Positions 19,621 through 28,456 of a stretch of DNA of 64,000 nucleotides are shown here, piece by piece (positions within the stretch are counted from its first letter, which is position 1; each line of letters begins with the position of its first letter). Where the stretch lies: contig OZ241917.1 of the NCBI GenBank assembly GCA_965203805.1, positions 5,792,001-5,856,000 on the forward strand, given 5' to 3'. Made by a program: the position numbers and the translations under genes. Origin of the DNA: Candidatus Latescibacterota bacterium. GTDB taxonomy: Bacteria > Latescibacterota > UBA2968 > GCA-2709665. The notes below the pieces were generated by a model, which was not told the DNA's origin, made no database searches, and saw nothing but the letters and a program-made list of their open reading frames with translations.

Positions 19621-20274
19621 TTACGCTGTATTCACTGAATCCAGACGCGAGATCATGGTTTCGATTTTGCGTTGGATCTCCTCCTTGTTTTCAATCAGTG
19701 ACGCATTGTCATCGTAAATGGACCGGAGACGTTCCCTCTCTTCCCGCAATCCGGAGATCGCCTGGCCCTTGTTTTCCAGTCGTTCCTGAAGTTCCCGGTT
19801 CCTCTCGTTGAGTTCGGCGTTCTGCTGTCGCAACTGCCGGATAATCCCTACGGCGCGGTCGATTTCACTTATAAGGTGATCCAGCTGCTCGAACACCCGG
19901 TTTTCCGACTCCAGCCGGGCTTCTTCAACGTCGCCGGCGTCTGTCTGCCGGTCTGTACGATCCTCCGTTTCAACGCGCGGTTCTTCAGTTTCGTCCGAAT
20001 CCGCCGGCTCATCCGAACGGTCGGAGGATTCGAAGAGTTCGTCCTGCCGGTCCTGGAGATCGAGCTGCCCATGTTCGGGATTCTCGAATTCCGTCTGTAC
20101 GGCTGCCTCGTGGACTGCCCCGACGGCGTCTTCGTTCCGATCCTGGGGATTGAACTGTCCGTGTTCCTGGTTGCCTGTTTCCGTCGTTCTGTACGTCTGG
20201 CCGTCGGACTCGAAAGGTCTGTCGTCCCCGGTCTCCGACGCCGGCTTTTCGTTTGCCCGATCTTGCGCTTCCAT
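19621..20274 (-). CDS. ZapB-like coiled-coil protein with long acidic N-terminal extension
   Basis: C-terminal ~90 aa coiled coil (FEQLDHL..EIDRAV..I..LRQ.N..L ... I..KIE.MI.RL) upstream of zapA; acidic repeats in the first ~120 aa. Confidence 0.7.
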   Translation of the reverse strand: MEAQDRANEKPASETGDDRPFESDGQTYRTTETGNQEHGQFNPQDRNEDAVGAVHEAAVQTEFENPEHGQLDLQDRQDELFESSDRSDEPADSDETEEPRVETEDRTDRQTDAGDVEEARLESENRVFEQLDHLISEIDRAVGIIRQLRQQNAELNERNRELQERLENKGQAISGLREERERLRSIYDDNASLIENKEEIQRKIETMISRLDSVNTA

Positions 20275-20359
20275 GGTCTCACCCTTTCGTGGATGACTTC
20301 GTTTTCGGTCCGTCTTTGCAGTCAGAGACCAAAATTCAGCTCGTGTGTCCGTGCTCTAA

Positions 20360-20493
20360 CAGTCCGTTGAAAACGTCGCTCTGCAGGCGGGGCCGAGTCA
20401 TTGTGGCGGAAGACAAGGCGCGCCTGTCTGCGTGCGGACACGCACAGGCAGGCGGCCAACGCGAATCCCCGGATGGACTCTATCTACGGGCTG
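20360..20493. mobile_element. MITE copy 2 (134 bp) with CTAA target-site duplication
   Basis: CTAA|CAGTCCGTTGAAAACGTC ... GACTCTATCTACGGGCTG|CTAA; internal hairpin TGCGTG-CGGA-CACGCA; reverse-complement homolog of 8661-8864. Confidence 0.8.
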
Positions 20494-20499
20494 CTAAGA

Positions 20500-20528
20500 A
20501 ATGTAAACCCACCATGGCCTGAAGTCAA
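20500..20528 (-). promoter_or_regulatory. Sigma70-type promoter for zapB-zapA-rny
   Basis: Minus strand TTGACT-17 nt-TACATT. Confidence 0.55.
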
Positions 20529-20609
20529 GGGCGGGATACCGTTTGCACAGGGAGCGAAAACGGAATCGGGGTGGATTCCGGCGGACGTCTCTTCGATGGT
20601 TTCCGCGAT

Positions 20610-20963
20610 CTACAGGGCTCGTTGAGCCTGTTCCGCAAGCGCCGTGAACGCCGCTGCGTCCGTGACGGCGAGGTTGGCCAGGACTTTTCTGTCAACGGCT
20701 ATGTCGGCTTTTTTGAGGCCGTTGATCAGGCTGCTGTACGAGAGTCCGTTAAGCCGGGCGGCGGCATTGATTCGAACGATCCACAGAGAGCGGAAATTCC
20801 TCTTTTTCTGGCGACGGTCCCTGTATGCATAGGCAAGCGCACGATGAACGGCGTCGTCCGCGGTGCGATAGAGCTTGCTTCGTCCTCCGCGGTAGCCGCG
20901 CGCTGCCTTAAGGACCTTTTTCCGCCTGCGCCGGGATGCGACGCTGTTCGTTGTTCTGGCCAT
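20610..20963 (-). CDS. rplT: 50S ribosomal protein L20
   Basis: [38 protein letters not shown]. Confidence 0.98.
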   Translation of the reverse strand: MARTTNSVASRRRRKKVLKAARGYRGGRSKLYRTADDAVHRALAYAYRDRRQKKRNFRSLWIVRINAAARLNGLSYSSLINGLKKADIAVDRKVLANLAVTDAAAFTALAEQAQRAL

Positions 20964-21090
20964 ATCGATGGTCTCCTGGTAGCGCCTGGGGGCGCCGGGT
21001 GCGGTCTTTGCCTCCGGTCCGCCGTGGCCTCAACTCCAACTCCGCACGGACGCGGGAAGAGTACTCGCGTTTTCGTGGCGTCTCGGCCTG

Positions 21091-21285
21091 TCAGTTGGGC
21101 AGCAGGCGCTGTACCCGGTCCTGGTCCGATTTGTGCACCACCGTGGACTTGCGCAGGTGCATCTTGCGTTTGCTGCTCTTGCTCGTCAGGTTATGCGTGA
21201 CCGTTGACTTTTTGCGGCCGATCGTACCGGATTTCCGGCGCTTGAACCGCTTCGCGGCTCCCCGGTGGGTTTTCATTTTGGGCAC
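21091..21285 (-). CDS. rpmI: 50S ribosomal protein L35
   Basis: [15 protein letters not shown]; lies between infC and rplT. Confidence 0.97.
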   Translation of the reverse strand: MPKMKTHRGAAKRFKRRKSGTIGRKKSTVTHNLTSKSSKRKMHLRKSTVVHKSDQDRVQRLLPN

Positions 21286-21425
21286 GTTCTACTCCTTTGG
21301 TTGGATCGTTTTCGCCGCACGCGCGGCGTGCGACAGCGGGGGACCGGACCGGGCGAACCGGAGACAACCGGGTTTTCCACGACATTGGGTTCCGATTCCT
21401 GGAGTGCCGGCGCCGCCGGCGGATG

Positions 21426-21962
21426 TTATTTCGGAGCGATAATGATGACGATGTTGCGCCCCTCGTCCTTGATAGGCACTTCGGCCGCGCCGATCTCCCG
21501 GAGGTCCTCTTCGGCGCGTTCCAGCAGTTCTCTGCCCTGCATTCGGTACATATTCTGCCGTCCGCGAAACTCCACGGAGATCCTGACTTTGTGCCGGTGT
21601 TTCAGGAAGTTTTCGGCGTGGCGTATCTTGAATTCGTAATCGTGGTCGCTGATTCGGGGGCCCAGGCGTATCTCTTTCAGTTGCGACCCGCTCTTCTTGC
21701 CTTTCTTCTGCTTCTTGCTCTGCTCATATCGGTACTTGCCGTAATTCATGATCCGGCAGACCGGCGGGCGGGCGTTGGGAGCGACTTCGACCAGGTCGAG
21801 TTCGGCTTCCATTGCCATTTCCATCGCCTTCCGGGTTTCAACAATGCCGACCTGTTCGCCGTCTTTGTCGACCAGTCGGACCTGAGGTATGCGAATCTGC
21901 TCGTTGACGCGGGGCGCCCTTTCCTGCTTTCGATCTCTGAAAACTCTTCGACCTCTGTTGAT
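21426..21962 (-). CDS. infC: Translation initiation factor IF-3 (probable ATC start)
   Basis: RVNEQIR..QVRLV, LDLVEVAPNA.PPVCRIM.YGKY; SD GGAGGT 7 nt upstream of ATC at 21962. Confidence 0.95.
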   Translation of the reverse strand: MNRGRRVFRDRKQERAPRVNEQIRIPQVRLVDKDGEQVGIVETRKAMEMAMEAELDLVEVAPNARPPVCRIMNYGKYRYEQSKKQKKGKKSGSQLKEIRLGPRISDHDYEFKIRHAENFLKHRHKVRISVEFRGRQNMYRMQGRELLERAEEDLREIGAAEVPIKDEGRNIVIIIAPK

Positions 21963-22021
21963 ACCGATCACCTCCGAAATTGATCCATGCCGTTTTGGGG
22001 CCTGATTGGAAAAATAGGGAC

Positions 22022-23959
22022 TCAGCCGACGCTTTTCGTCTCGACTTCCTGCTGCATCCTGGCAATCAGATCGAGCGTGGACATGCTTCCGAGGTCGCCG
22101 GCGCCATGTCTGCGAACCGAGATGGTCTGCGCGGCGACCTCCTGTTTTCCCACAATAATCATATATGGAATTTTCTGGATCTCGGCCTCGCGGATCTTGA
22201 ATCCGAGCTTTGCATCCTGCGGGTCCACTTCGGCGCGGAGCCCCGCGCTGTTGAGGCGGCGGGCGACCTCGCCGGCGTATTCGGCATAGGGATCGGATAC
22301 CGGAAGTACGGCGGCCTGCACGGGCGCCAGCCAGAGTGGAAAGTTCCCCGCGTAGTGTTCGATCAGCAGGCCGAAGAACCGTTCCATTGCGCCCAGAAGG
22401 GCGCGATGGACCATATACGGGCGGTGGAATTTTCCATCGGGTCCTACGTAGCTGAGGTCGAAGCGTTCCGGAAGGTTAAAATCGAACTGAATGGTGGTGC
22501 ATTGCCACTCCCTGTTCAGGGCATCGTTGATGGTCACGTCGATCTTGGGACCGTAGAACGCACCGGCGCCTTCGTCGATCCGATAGGGCAACTGCTGGGA
22601 GTCGACGGCCCGCTTGAGCGCGTCGGTGGCTCGTTCCCAGTCGGCGGGATCTCCAACCGCTTTATCGGGCCGCGTCGAGATATATACGTTGAAGTCCTCA
22701 AAGCCGAATGACTTGAGGATGAACATCGTGAAGTCGATAACCCGTGCGACTTCCTCTTCGACCTGGTCGGGGCGGCAGAAGATATGGGCGTCGTCCTGGG
22801 TGAATCCGCGGACACGCAGCAGGCCGTGAAGCGTACCGGCCATTTCATAGCGGTAGACGGTGCCAAGCTCCGCCCATCGAAAGGGAAGCTCCCGATAGCT
22901 GCGCCGCCGCGATTTGTAGATGAGGCTGTGGAAGGGGCAATTCATCGGCTTGGCGAAATAGCCCTGGCCGTCGATATCCATCGGGGGGTACATGTTCTCG
23001 TGAAAGAAATCCAGGTGTCCGCTGGTTTCCCAGAGGCGGGAGCGGCCGATGTGGGGCGAACCGACCAGTTCGTACCCGCCGCTGTAGTGCGCTTCGCGCC
23101 AGAAATCTTCGATCTGGTGCCTGATTCGCGCGCCCTTTGGATGCCAGAGAACCAGGCCGGGTCCGGCGGTATCGTTTATCGAGAAAAGATCGAGGTTCCC
23201 GCCGATGGTACGGTGGTCGCGGTTCCTGGCTTCTTCCAGGTATTCCAGATAGGCGTTGAGGTCTTTCTTGCCCGGAAACGAGATGCCGTAGATGCGCTGG
23301 AGCATGACGTTGTTCTCGTCTCCCCGCCAGTATGCGCCCGAGGAACTCAGCAGTTTGACCGACTTGATACGGCCGGTGTCGGGGACATGCGGCCCGCGGC
23401 AGAGGTCCAGCCACCTGTCTGCATTCCTATAGATGCTGATCGTTTCGCCGGGTTCAATTTCCTCCAGGATTTCCAGTTTGTAGGTTTCGCCGCGCGCTCT
23501 GAAGAGTTCGATCGCGGCCTCCCGGGTGATTTCCTGGCGCTCGAAGGGTTGGGCTTCCGCAATGAGTTCACGCATGCGGACTTCGATCCGGTGCAATTCG
23601 TCCGGCGTGAAAGGCTTTTCCCGGTCGAAGTCGTAATAAAAGCCGTTTTCAATGGGCGGGCCCAGCGTGACTTTCACGTCCGGAAACAGGTCCTGTACCG
23701 CCTGCGCCATTATATGAGCCGTACTGTGCCAGTACACTTCCTTGCCGGCGTCGCTGGAGAAGGTGAGGATCTCCAGGTCGGCGTTGCCGTCCAGTGACGA
23801 TTTGAGGTCCACGGCCCGTCCGTTGACCTTGCCGGCCAGCGCCGCGCGCGCAAGTCCCGATCCGATGGACTCCGCCACCTGCAGGATGGTGACGCCGGCG
23901 CGAAAGTCTTTCCGCGACCCATCGGGCAGTGTGACCGTGATTTTCTGGTTTTCAGACAT
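22022..23959 (-). CDS. thrS: Threonine--tRNA ligase
   Basis: TGS domain, WHSTAH, DLCRGPH, RDHR, KPMNCP.H, RVRGFTQDDAH, FYGPKID. Confidence 0.98.
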   Translation of the reverse strand: MSENQKITVTLPDGSRKDFRAGVTILQVAESIGSGLARAALAGKVNGRAVDLKSSLDGNADLEILTFSSDAGKEVYWHSTAHIMAQAVQDLFPDVKVTLGPPIENGFYYDFDREKPFTPDELHRIEVRMRELIAEAQPFERQEITREAAIELFRARGETYKLEILEEIEPGETISIYRNADRWLDLCRGPHVPDTGRIKSVKLLSSSGAYWRGDENNVMLQRIYGISFPGKKDLNAYLEYLEEARNRDHRTIGGNLDLFSINDTAGPGLVLWHPKGARIRHQIEDFWREAHYSGGYELVGSPHIGRSRLWETSGHLDFFHENMYPPMDIDGQGYFAKPMNCPFHSLIYKSRRRSYRELPFRWAELGTVYRYEMAGTLHGLLRVRGFTQDDAHIFCRPDQVEEEVARVIDFTMFILKSFGFEDFNVYISTRPDKAVGDPADWERATDALKRAVDSQQLPYRIDEGAGAFYGPKIDVTINDALNREWQCTTIQFDFNLPERFDLSYVGPDGKFHRPYMVHRALLGAMERFFGLLIEHYAGNFPLWLAPVQAAVLPVSDPYAEYAGEVARRLNSAGLRAEVDPQDAKLGFKIREAEIQKIPYMIIVGKQEVAAQTISVRRHGAGDLGSMSTLDLIARMQQEVETKSVG

Positions 23960-24115
23960 GGTTTCCAACGAATTACCGGCCCTTGGTCCGGTATCTGAAG
24001 AAGCTCGAATCGAGACCAGTCGACACCGGCCGGATCAGAGCGGCCTGAATCTGTGCGAAACCACTATGGAAACGCTCCTCGACGTTCGAAGAACCGGTTG
24101 TATTGCATCCCGTAT

Positions 24116-24148
24116 AAAAAAAACGCGCGACTTTCCTGCTTGCGCGTC
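24116..24148 (-). terminator. Intrinsic terminator-like hairpin in the thrS leader
   Basis: Minus strand GACGCGC-loop-GCGCGU followed by a U-tract. Confidence 0.5.
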
Positions 24149-24239
24149 GAACTCAGTAAAGCACCTTGTGAAAACCGGCCCTTTCCGTTGATACTCCTCC
24201 GCAAGAAGGTTCGCAGGTACGCAATTATAATATCAGCCA

Positions 24240-24268
24240 AATTTATATTATCGGGGGCGGGATGTCAA
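24240..24268 (-). promoter_or_regulatory. Sigma70-type promoter upstream of thrS
   Basis: Minus strand TTGACA-17 nt-TAAATT; an additional TATAAT nearby. Confidence 0.55.
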
Positions 24269-24379
24269 GCGAAAACTCCCGAAATCATCGCATCGAAAAA
24301 GGTGCATGCGGTACGTGAACGCGCCCCCTTGCGCACGACGTTCAAGATTACCGGCGCGGTCCGCATCCGGGACAGGACG

Positions 24380-25012
24380 TCAGGGCAGATGGAGCATCTT
24401 GTGGATCCTGCACGAGAGTCGCCACGACGGGTGACGGGTCAGGATATCCAGGGCTTTGCGTATGTACTCGGGTTTGCTCGACTCGGGCTGAAGGTAGACG
24501 AACTCTGCGCGCGCTTCCTCCACGATGTCTTCATGGAAAGATCTGCCGACCACATATTTCAGTTCGGTGATATAGCTGAGGCCGCCGGCAATGGTCTTTT
24601 TCTTGGGGGAGACGGTCCAGTGCTCGATCAGATCGTAGAGTTCCGGATCCGGATCGACCGCGCCGTTGGTCTCGATGTGGATGCGGTAGTTGGCGGCCCG
24701 GAGTTGCCGGCAGAGCGGGACGACGTTCTGGCCGAGGGGCTCTCCGCCGGTCAGGCAGACCCAGGAGGCGGTGTGGCGGCGGACCTCGGCCAGGACCTCC
24801 CCAATACCGAGCTCGGAATATGAATCGAATTCGGTGTCGCAGAAGAAGCAGCGCAGATTGCATCGGGCGAGGCGGACGAAAGTCGTGGGCTGGCCGACGC
24901 GCAGCCCCTCACCTTCTATAGAGTAGAAGACCTCGTTTATCTGCAGCGTCCGTCCGTCTTCGCGCCAGAGCGGCATCCGATCGTCCGGCGCGGAAGGAAT
25001 GCCTTCCAGCAT
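24380..25012 (-). CDS. queE: 7-carboxy-7-deazaguanine synthase (radical SAM)
   Basis: INEVFYSIEGEG...G.P..FVRL..CNLRCFFCDT, LTGGEP, IETNG, TVSPK. Confidence 0.9.
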   Translation of the reverse strand: MLEGIPSAPDDRMPLWREDGRTLQINEVFYSIEGEGLRVGQPTTFVRLARCNLRCFFCDTEFDSYSELGIGEVLAEVRRHTASWVCLTGGEPLGQNVVPLCRQLRAANYRIHIETNGAVDPDPELYDLIEHWTVSPKKKTIAGGLSYITELKYVVGRSFHEDIVEEARAEFVYLQPESSKPEYIRKALDILTRHPSWRLSCRIHKMLHLP

Positions 25013-25284
25013 GTGGGGGTCTCTGGGGGACAAGTCGGGCTCCGGTCGGGCGGGTGTGACGGGATTCCGGCGAACGCAGATGAAGTAATGGAAAACAGGG
25101 ACATGAGACAAGGAAAATCCTTGACATCGTCCACCGCCCCATCAATATTGTCGACCGCTCGGGGCATCCATCGTGGCACGCTCCGATTTTTGTTGCGAGT
25201 TCGGCAGGCGTCCGCGTTGCCGCGGGCGGGTCGATGAAATCTTCCGGCAGGCTGCGGCCCACGGCTTTACTGGATGGTCAGTGT

Positions 25285-25965
25285 GTGGCAGACAGGACGT
25301 ACGATGCCATCATATTCGACGTGGACGGCGTAATCGTCGATTCCGAGGCGGTATACTGCGACACGTTCAATACCACGCTGGGCGATTTCGGAGCCGGGAT
25401 CAGCCGGAGCGACTATGCGGTCTGTGTGGGCCACCCCGTGGAAGAAAACAGCGCGTACGCCGTGGAACGATACGGGTTGGACGTCGCGCCTGCCGTGTTC
25501 CGGGACCTCTGGATGGGTCGATTCGAGGAAGCGATTTCAAGCCCGGACCGGGTGCTGCTGATGCCGGGATTCCAGGAACTTCTGGCGCACGTCCGGGCCG
25601 TAGGCTACCCGCTCGGGGTGGCATCTTCCACGCAGCGTGAGCGGATGATGAAAACGCTGCTCAGCGGTCTGCTGTCCAGATTGGGTGGCGTCCTCGACCC
25701 GGCCGAGGTGTTCGACGTTGTGCTGTCCGGGACCGACGTGGGTCGGCTGAAACCGGCGCCGGACATCTATCTGAAGGCGGCCCGGAAACTGAACGTCGAA
25801 CCGGCGCGGTGTGCAGTTGTCGAAGACAGCGAGGCGGGGGTCCGGGCTGGCAAAGCCGCCGGAATGACCGTTTTCGCGGTGCCGAATTTCTTCACCGCCC
25901 GTCAGCGCCACGAAGACGCCGATTTCGTTCTGGGCGGACTGACCGATCTGTTGGGGTATCTTTGA
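25285..25965 (+). CDS. HAD-family phosphatase (beta-PGM/CbbY-like)
   Basis: FDVDGVIVDSE, VASS, KPAPDIY, VEDSEAG. Confidence 0.9.
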   Translation: MADRTYDAIIFDVDGVIVDSEAVYCDTFNTTLGDFGAGISRSDYAVCVGHPVEENSAYAVERYGLDVAPAVFRDLWMGRFEEAISSPDRVLLMPGFQELLAHVRAVGYPLGVASSTQRERMMKTLLSGLLSRLGGVLDPAEVFDVVLSGTDVGRLKPAPDIYLKAARKLNVEPARCAVVEDSEAGVRAGKAAGMTVFAVPNFFTARQRHEDADFVLGGLTDLLGYL

Positions 25966-26012
25966 ATCCGGAAACGAACCTGCGGGGCGTACGGCTGTTT
26001 CCGGTCCGGACG

Positions 26013-26735
26013 TCAGGCGTGGGTCTCTGCGTCGTCTTCGGGGGCGTAGCCGAGTTCCTCGCGGGCGTTTCGGAGGTCCCAGTACGCGCGGGTATTGTTC
26101 GATATGCCATAGTAAATGCCGAAGTGAACGTCGGCTTCGATGCTGCACCGCACGAGTTGGACGGTGTCGCGGTGGCTGAGCCAGGACGCGAGGATCCGGT
26201 CGCTCGTTCGGTCGATCACCGAACCGACGGGTTGAAAGGATCCGATGCGCAGACAGATCACCGAGAGTCCGAAGGCGTCCGCGTAGTACCGGCCGAGATC
26301 TTCACCGAAGGCCTTGCTCGCGCCGTAGAAACTGTCGGGCCGCGCGTTCACCTCGGTCGTGGTGCCGATGCCGTTCTTTTCGTAGAACCCGGTAACGTGG
26401 TTGCTGCTGGCGAACACGACGCGGCCGACGCCGGTCCGGCGGGCCGCCTCGTACACCGTGTAGGCGCCGCGGATGTTGGCCTCGAGGATGTCTTCGAAGG
26501 AAGCGTTTCCGTTCGGATTTCCGGCCATGTGGACAACGGCGTCCACGCCGTCCACCGCCCGGACCACCTTGTCCACGTCCGTAATGCCTGAGATATGCAC
26601 CTCTTCGCCGGGTCGGGCCGGAATGACCGTGTTGTGATACAGCAGGCTGAGGCGGTAGTCGTCCTTCAATCCCTCTCGCAGAACGCGTCCGATTCGGCCG
26701 GCCGCGCCTGTGATGAGGATTTTCTTTTTTTTCAC
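26013..26735 (-). CDS. NAD-dependent epimerase/dehydrogenase (uronate dehydrogenase-like)
   Basis: ITGAAGRIG, FASSNH, YGASK, LRIGS, WLS.RD. Confidence 0.85.
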   Translation of the reverse strand: MKKKKILITGAAGRIGRVLREGLKDDYRLSLLYHNTVIPARPGEEVHISGITDVDKVVRAVDGVDAVVHMAGNPNGNASFEDILEANIRGAYTVYEAARRTGVGRVVFASSNHVTGFYEKNGIGTTTEVNARPDSFYGASKAFGEDLGRYYADAFGLSVICLRIGSFQPVGSVIDRTSDRILASWLSHRDTVQLVRCSIEADVHFGIYYGISNNTRAYWDLRNAREELGYAPEDDAETHA

Positions 26736-26778
26736 GAGAGGCCCTTTGTGGGGGACGTGGACAGTGTTCCTTTCTCGT

Positions 26779-27615
26779 TTACAGGGGCTTCACGCCGGCC
26801 CATTCGGGAAGGAGCCTGGCCGCATTGTTCCAGAGGATGTCTCTCTTCGTCGCTTCTGAAAGATCGGCGCCGAGGGTCTTTCCCAGGCACTGCCCGAACA
26901 GGCGGACCGGCAGGTCGGACGCGAAAACGACGCGCCGGCCTCCCAGGGCATCCACCGCGGTTTCGACGATGCCGGCTTCGGGGTCGCCGCCGCCGGTGTC
27001 CACCACCAGGTTCGGGCAGTCCACGACGTGCTCAATGCCCCTGAGCCCGCATCCGTTGAGGTGGGCCATGATGATTTTTGCTGCGGGGTGTTTACGCGCG
27101 AGATCGGCCACGTCCTGCGGAAAGGATTCGCCGGGCAGGTTGCCGGTGGTCTTGTCCCACGCGTGCTGCAGCACCGGGACGCCGAGTTCGGCGGCGCGTC
27201 GCATAACAGGGTCCAGGCCGGCGTCGGTAGCCCGGCGGGCCACCCAGAGCTTGACCCCGCACATGCGTTCTTCCAGGATGCAGCGGTCGATCTCGCGGAC
27301 GGACTCCTCGGGAAAGGCGGGATTGACGTAGCAGAATGGCAGGAAAGCCTCCGGCGCCAGATCGCGCATCCGCAGGTTGTAGTCGTTGCCGTCCCTGCAG
27401 TGTTGCATGGCAGGTTCGTACAGGGGGCGGCCGGCGCCGGATGCGGGATGCAGCAGAAAGATGCACATCTTCACGATCCCGGCCCGCCCGGCGGCGTCCA
27501 GGATCTTCGCGGCGTCGGCCTGGACGGAGGGCGCGCGCGGGCCGAGCGGGTGGACGTGCACGTCAAGCACGGCGCAGGGCGGTTTCAGTGCGTCTCTCAA
27601 CGTTGTGAGGTCCAC
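26779..27615 (-). CDS. Amidohydrolase_2 family protein (paralog A)
   Basis: LDVHVHP, GVKLW, LQHAW, IMAH, FASD; close paralog of 28457-29290. Confidence 0.8.
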   Translation of the reverse strand: MDLTTLRDALKPPCAVLDVHVHPLGPRAPSVQADAAKILDAAGRAGIVKMCIFLLHPASGAGRPLYEPAMQHCRDGNDYNLRMRDLAPEAFLPFCYVNPAFPEESVREIDRCILEERMCGVKLWVARRATDAGLDPVMRRAAELGVPVLQHAWDKTTGNLPGESFPQDVADLARKHPAAKIIMAHLNGCGLRGIEHVVDCPNLVVDTGGGDPEAGIVETAVDALGGRRVVFASDLPVRLFGQCLGKTLGADLSEATKRDILWNNAARLLPEWAGVKPL

Positions 27616-27627
27616 CCGGAACTCCTG

Positions 27628-28380
27628 TTACCAATCGATGATTCGCCCGGCGTTCCCGCCGAGGATGGCCGATGCGTCGTCGTCGGAAAGGTCGGTGGCC
27701 ACGCGCGAGAGGGCCGAGTAAGGGATGAAGAGCGGCGCGTGAGAGCCGAACAGCAATCGGTCCCGCAGGCCGTCTTCGACCAGCACCTTTATCGCATCCA
27801 TGCCGTCCGCCTGGGAGACGTCGGCGTACAGGTTAGGCAGGTCGGGGAATCTGTCCTTGAGCGCTCTGATTTCTCCCGTACGGGGGCCGCCGATGATCAT
27901 GAGAAGATCGGCATGCCGTTCCGCGGCGTCCGCGACCGCCGCGGCGGGGACGTCGGAAACCTGCGCGAGCGGATGCTGACGGCGGGGATCCTCGAGCCGG
28001 GTCTGGACGATGACCCCGAGCCCGGCGCCGGCGAGGGCGGCGAACAGGTCGGACGCGGAGTTCAGATCGTACCCGGAATAGGCCGGCTGGAGTTTGACCA
28101 GCCGGACCCGCGGCTGCGCTTTCGCCCGCTCGAGTTCGCCGCGCCATGTGGCGATCGTCGGGTCCAGGACGGGTACGGGCCAGACGTCGTCGGTTCCGCC
28201 CGATGCGACGTAGAGGTCGTCGTTGAACCGATGGGGGTTGCGGCACCAGGCGGCGTCGAGCGGCGAGACGCAGATGCGGTCCACCCCATATTCTCTCAGC
28301 GATGCGCGCACCCGGCCCAGGGCGCCCGCGACGGGATGGGTCGGCCAGTGTCCGGTGTAGGCGTTGACGTCGATAATCAT
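27628..28380 (-). CDS. Amidohydrolase-fold protein lacking the HxH metal motif (probable partner subunit)
   Basis: MIIDVNAYTGHWP in place of DxHxH; RLLFGSHAP; ILGGNA. Confidence 0.75.
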   Translation of the reverse strand: MIIDVNAYTGHWPTHPVAGALGRVRASLREYGVDRICVSPLDAAWCRNPHRFNDDLYVASGGTDDVWPVPVLDPTIATWRGELERAKAQPRVRLVKLQPAYSGYDLNSASDLFAALAGAGLGVIVQTRLEDPRRQHPLAQVSDVPAAAVADAAERHADLLMIIGGPRTGEIRALKDRFPDLPNLYADVSQADGMDAIKVLVEDGLRDRLLFGSHAPLFIPYSALSRVATDLSDDDASAILGGNAGRIIDW

Positions 28381-28456
28381 GGCGTTCTCCGCTGCGTGGA
28401 TTTTGTTTCTGACAGGGCCGGACGGACCCGCGCTGCTCCGGTTCCGCGACAACCGG

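Noticed and set aside
20253-20625. Short ORFs sharing AEDKARLSACGHAQAG with the N-terminal extension of ORF 7587-8813
   Set aside because: The shared peptide is just translation of the MITE sequence, not a protein family.
24380-25012. queE as part of a 7-deazaguanine DNA-modification (dpd) island
   Set aside because: No dpdA, queC, queD or folE neighbours; most likely ordinary queuosine synthesis.
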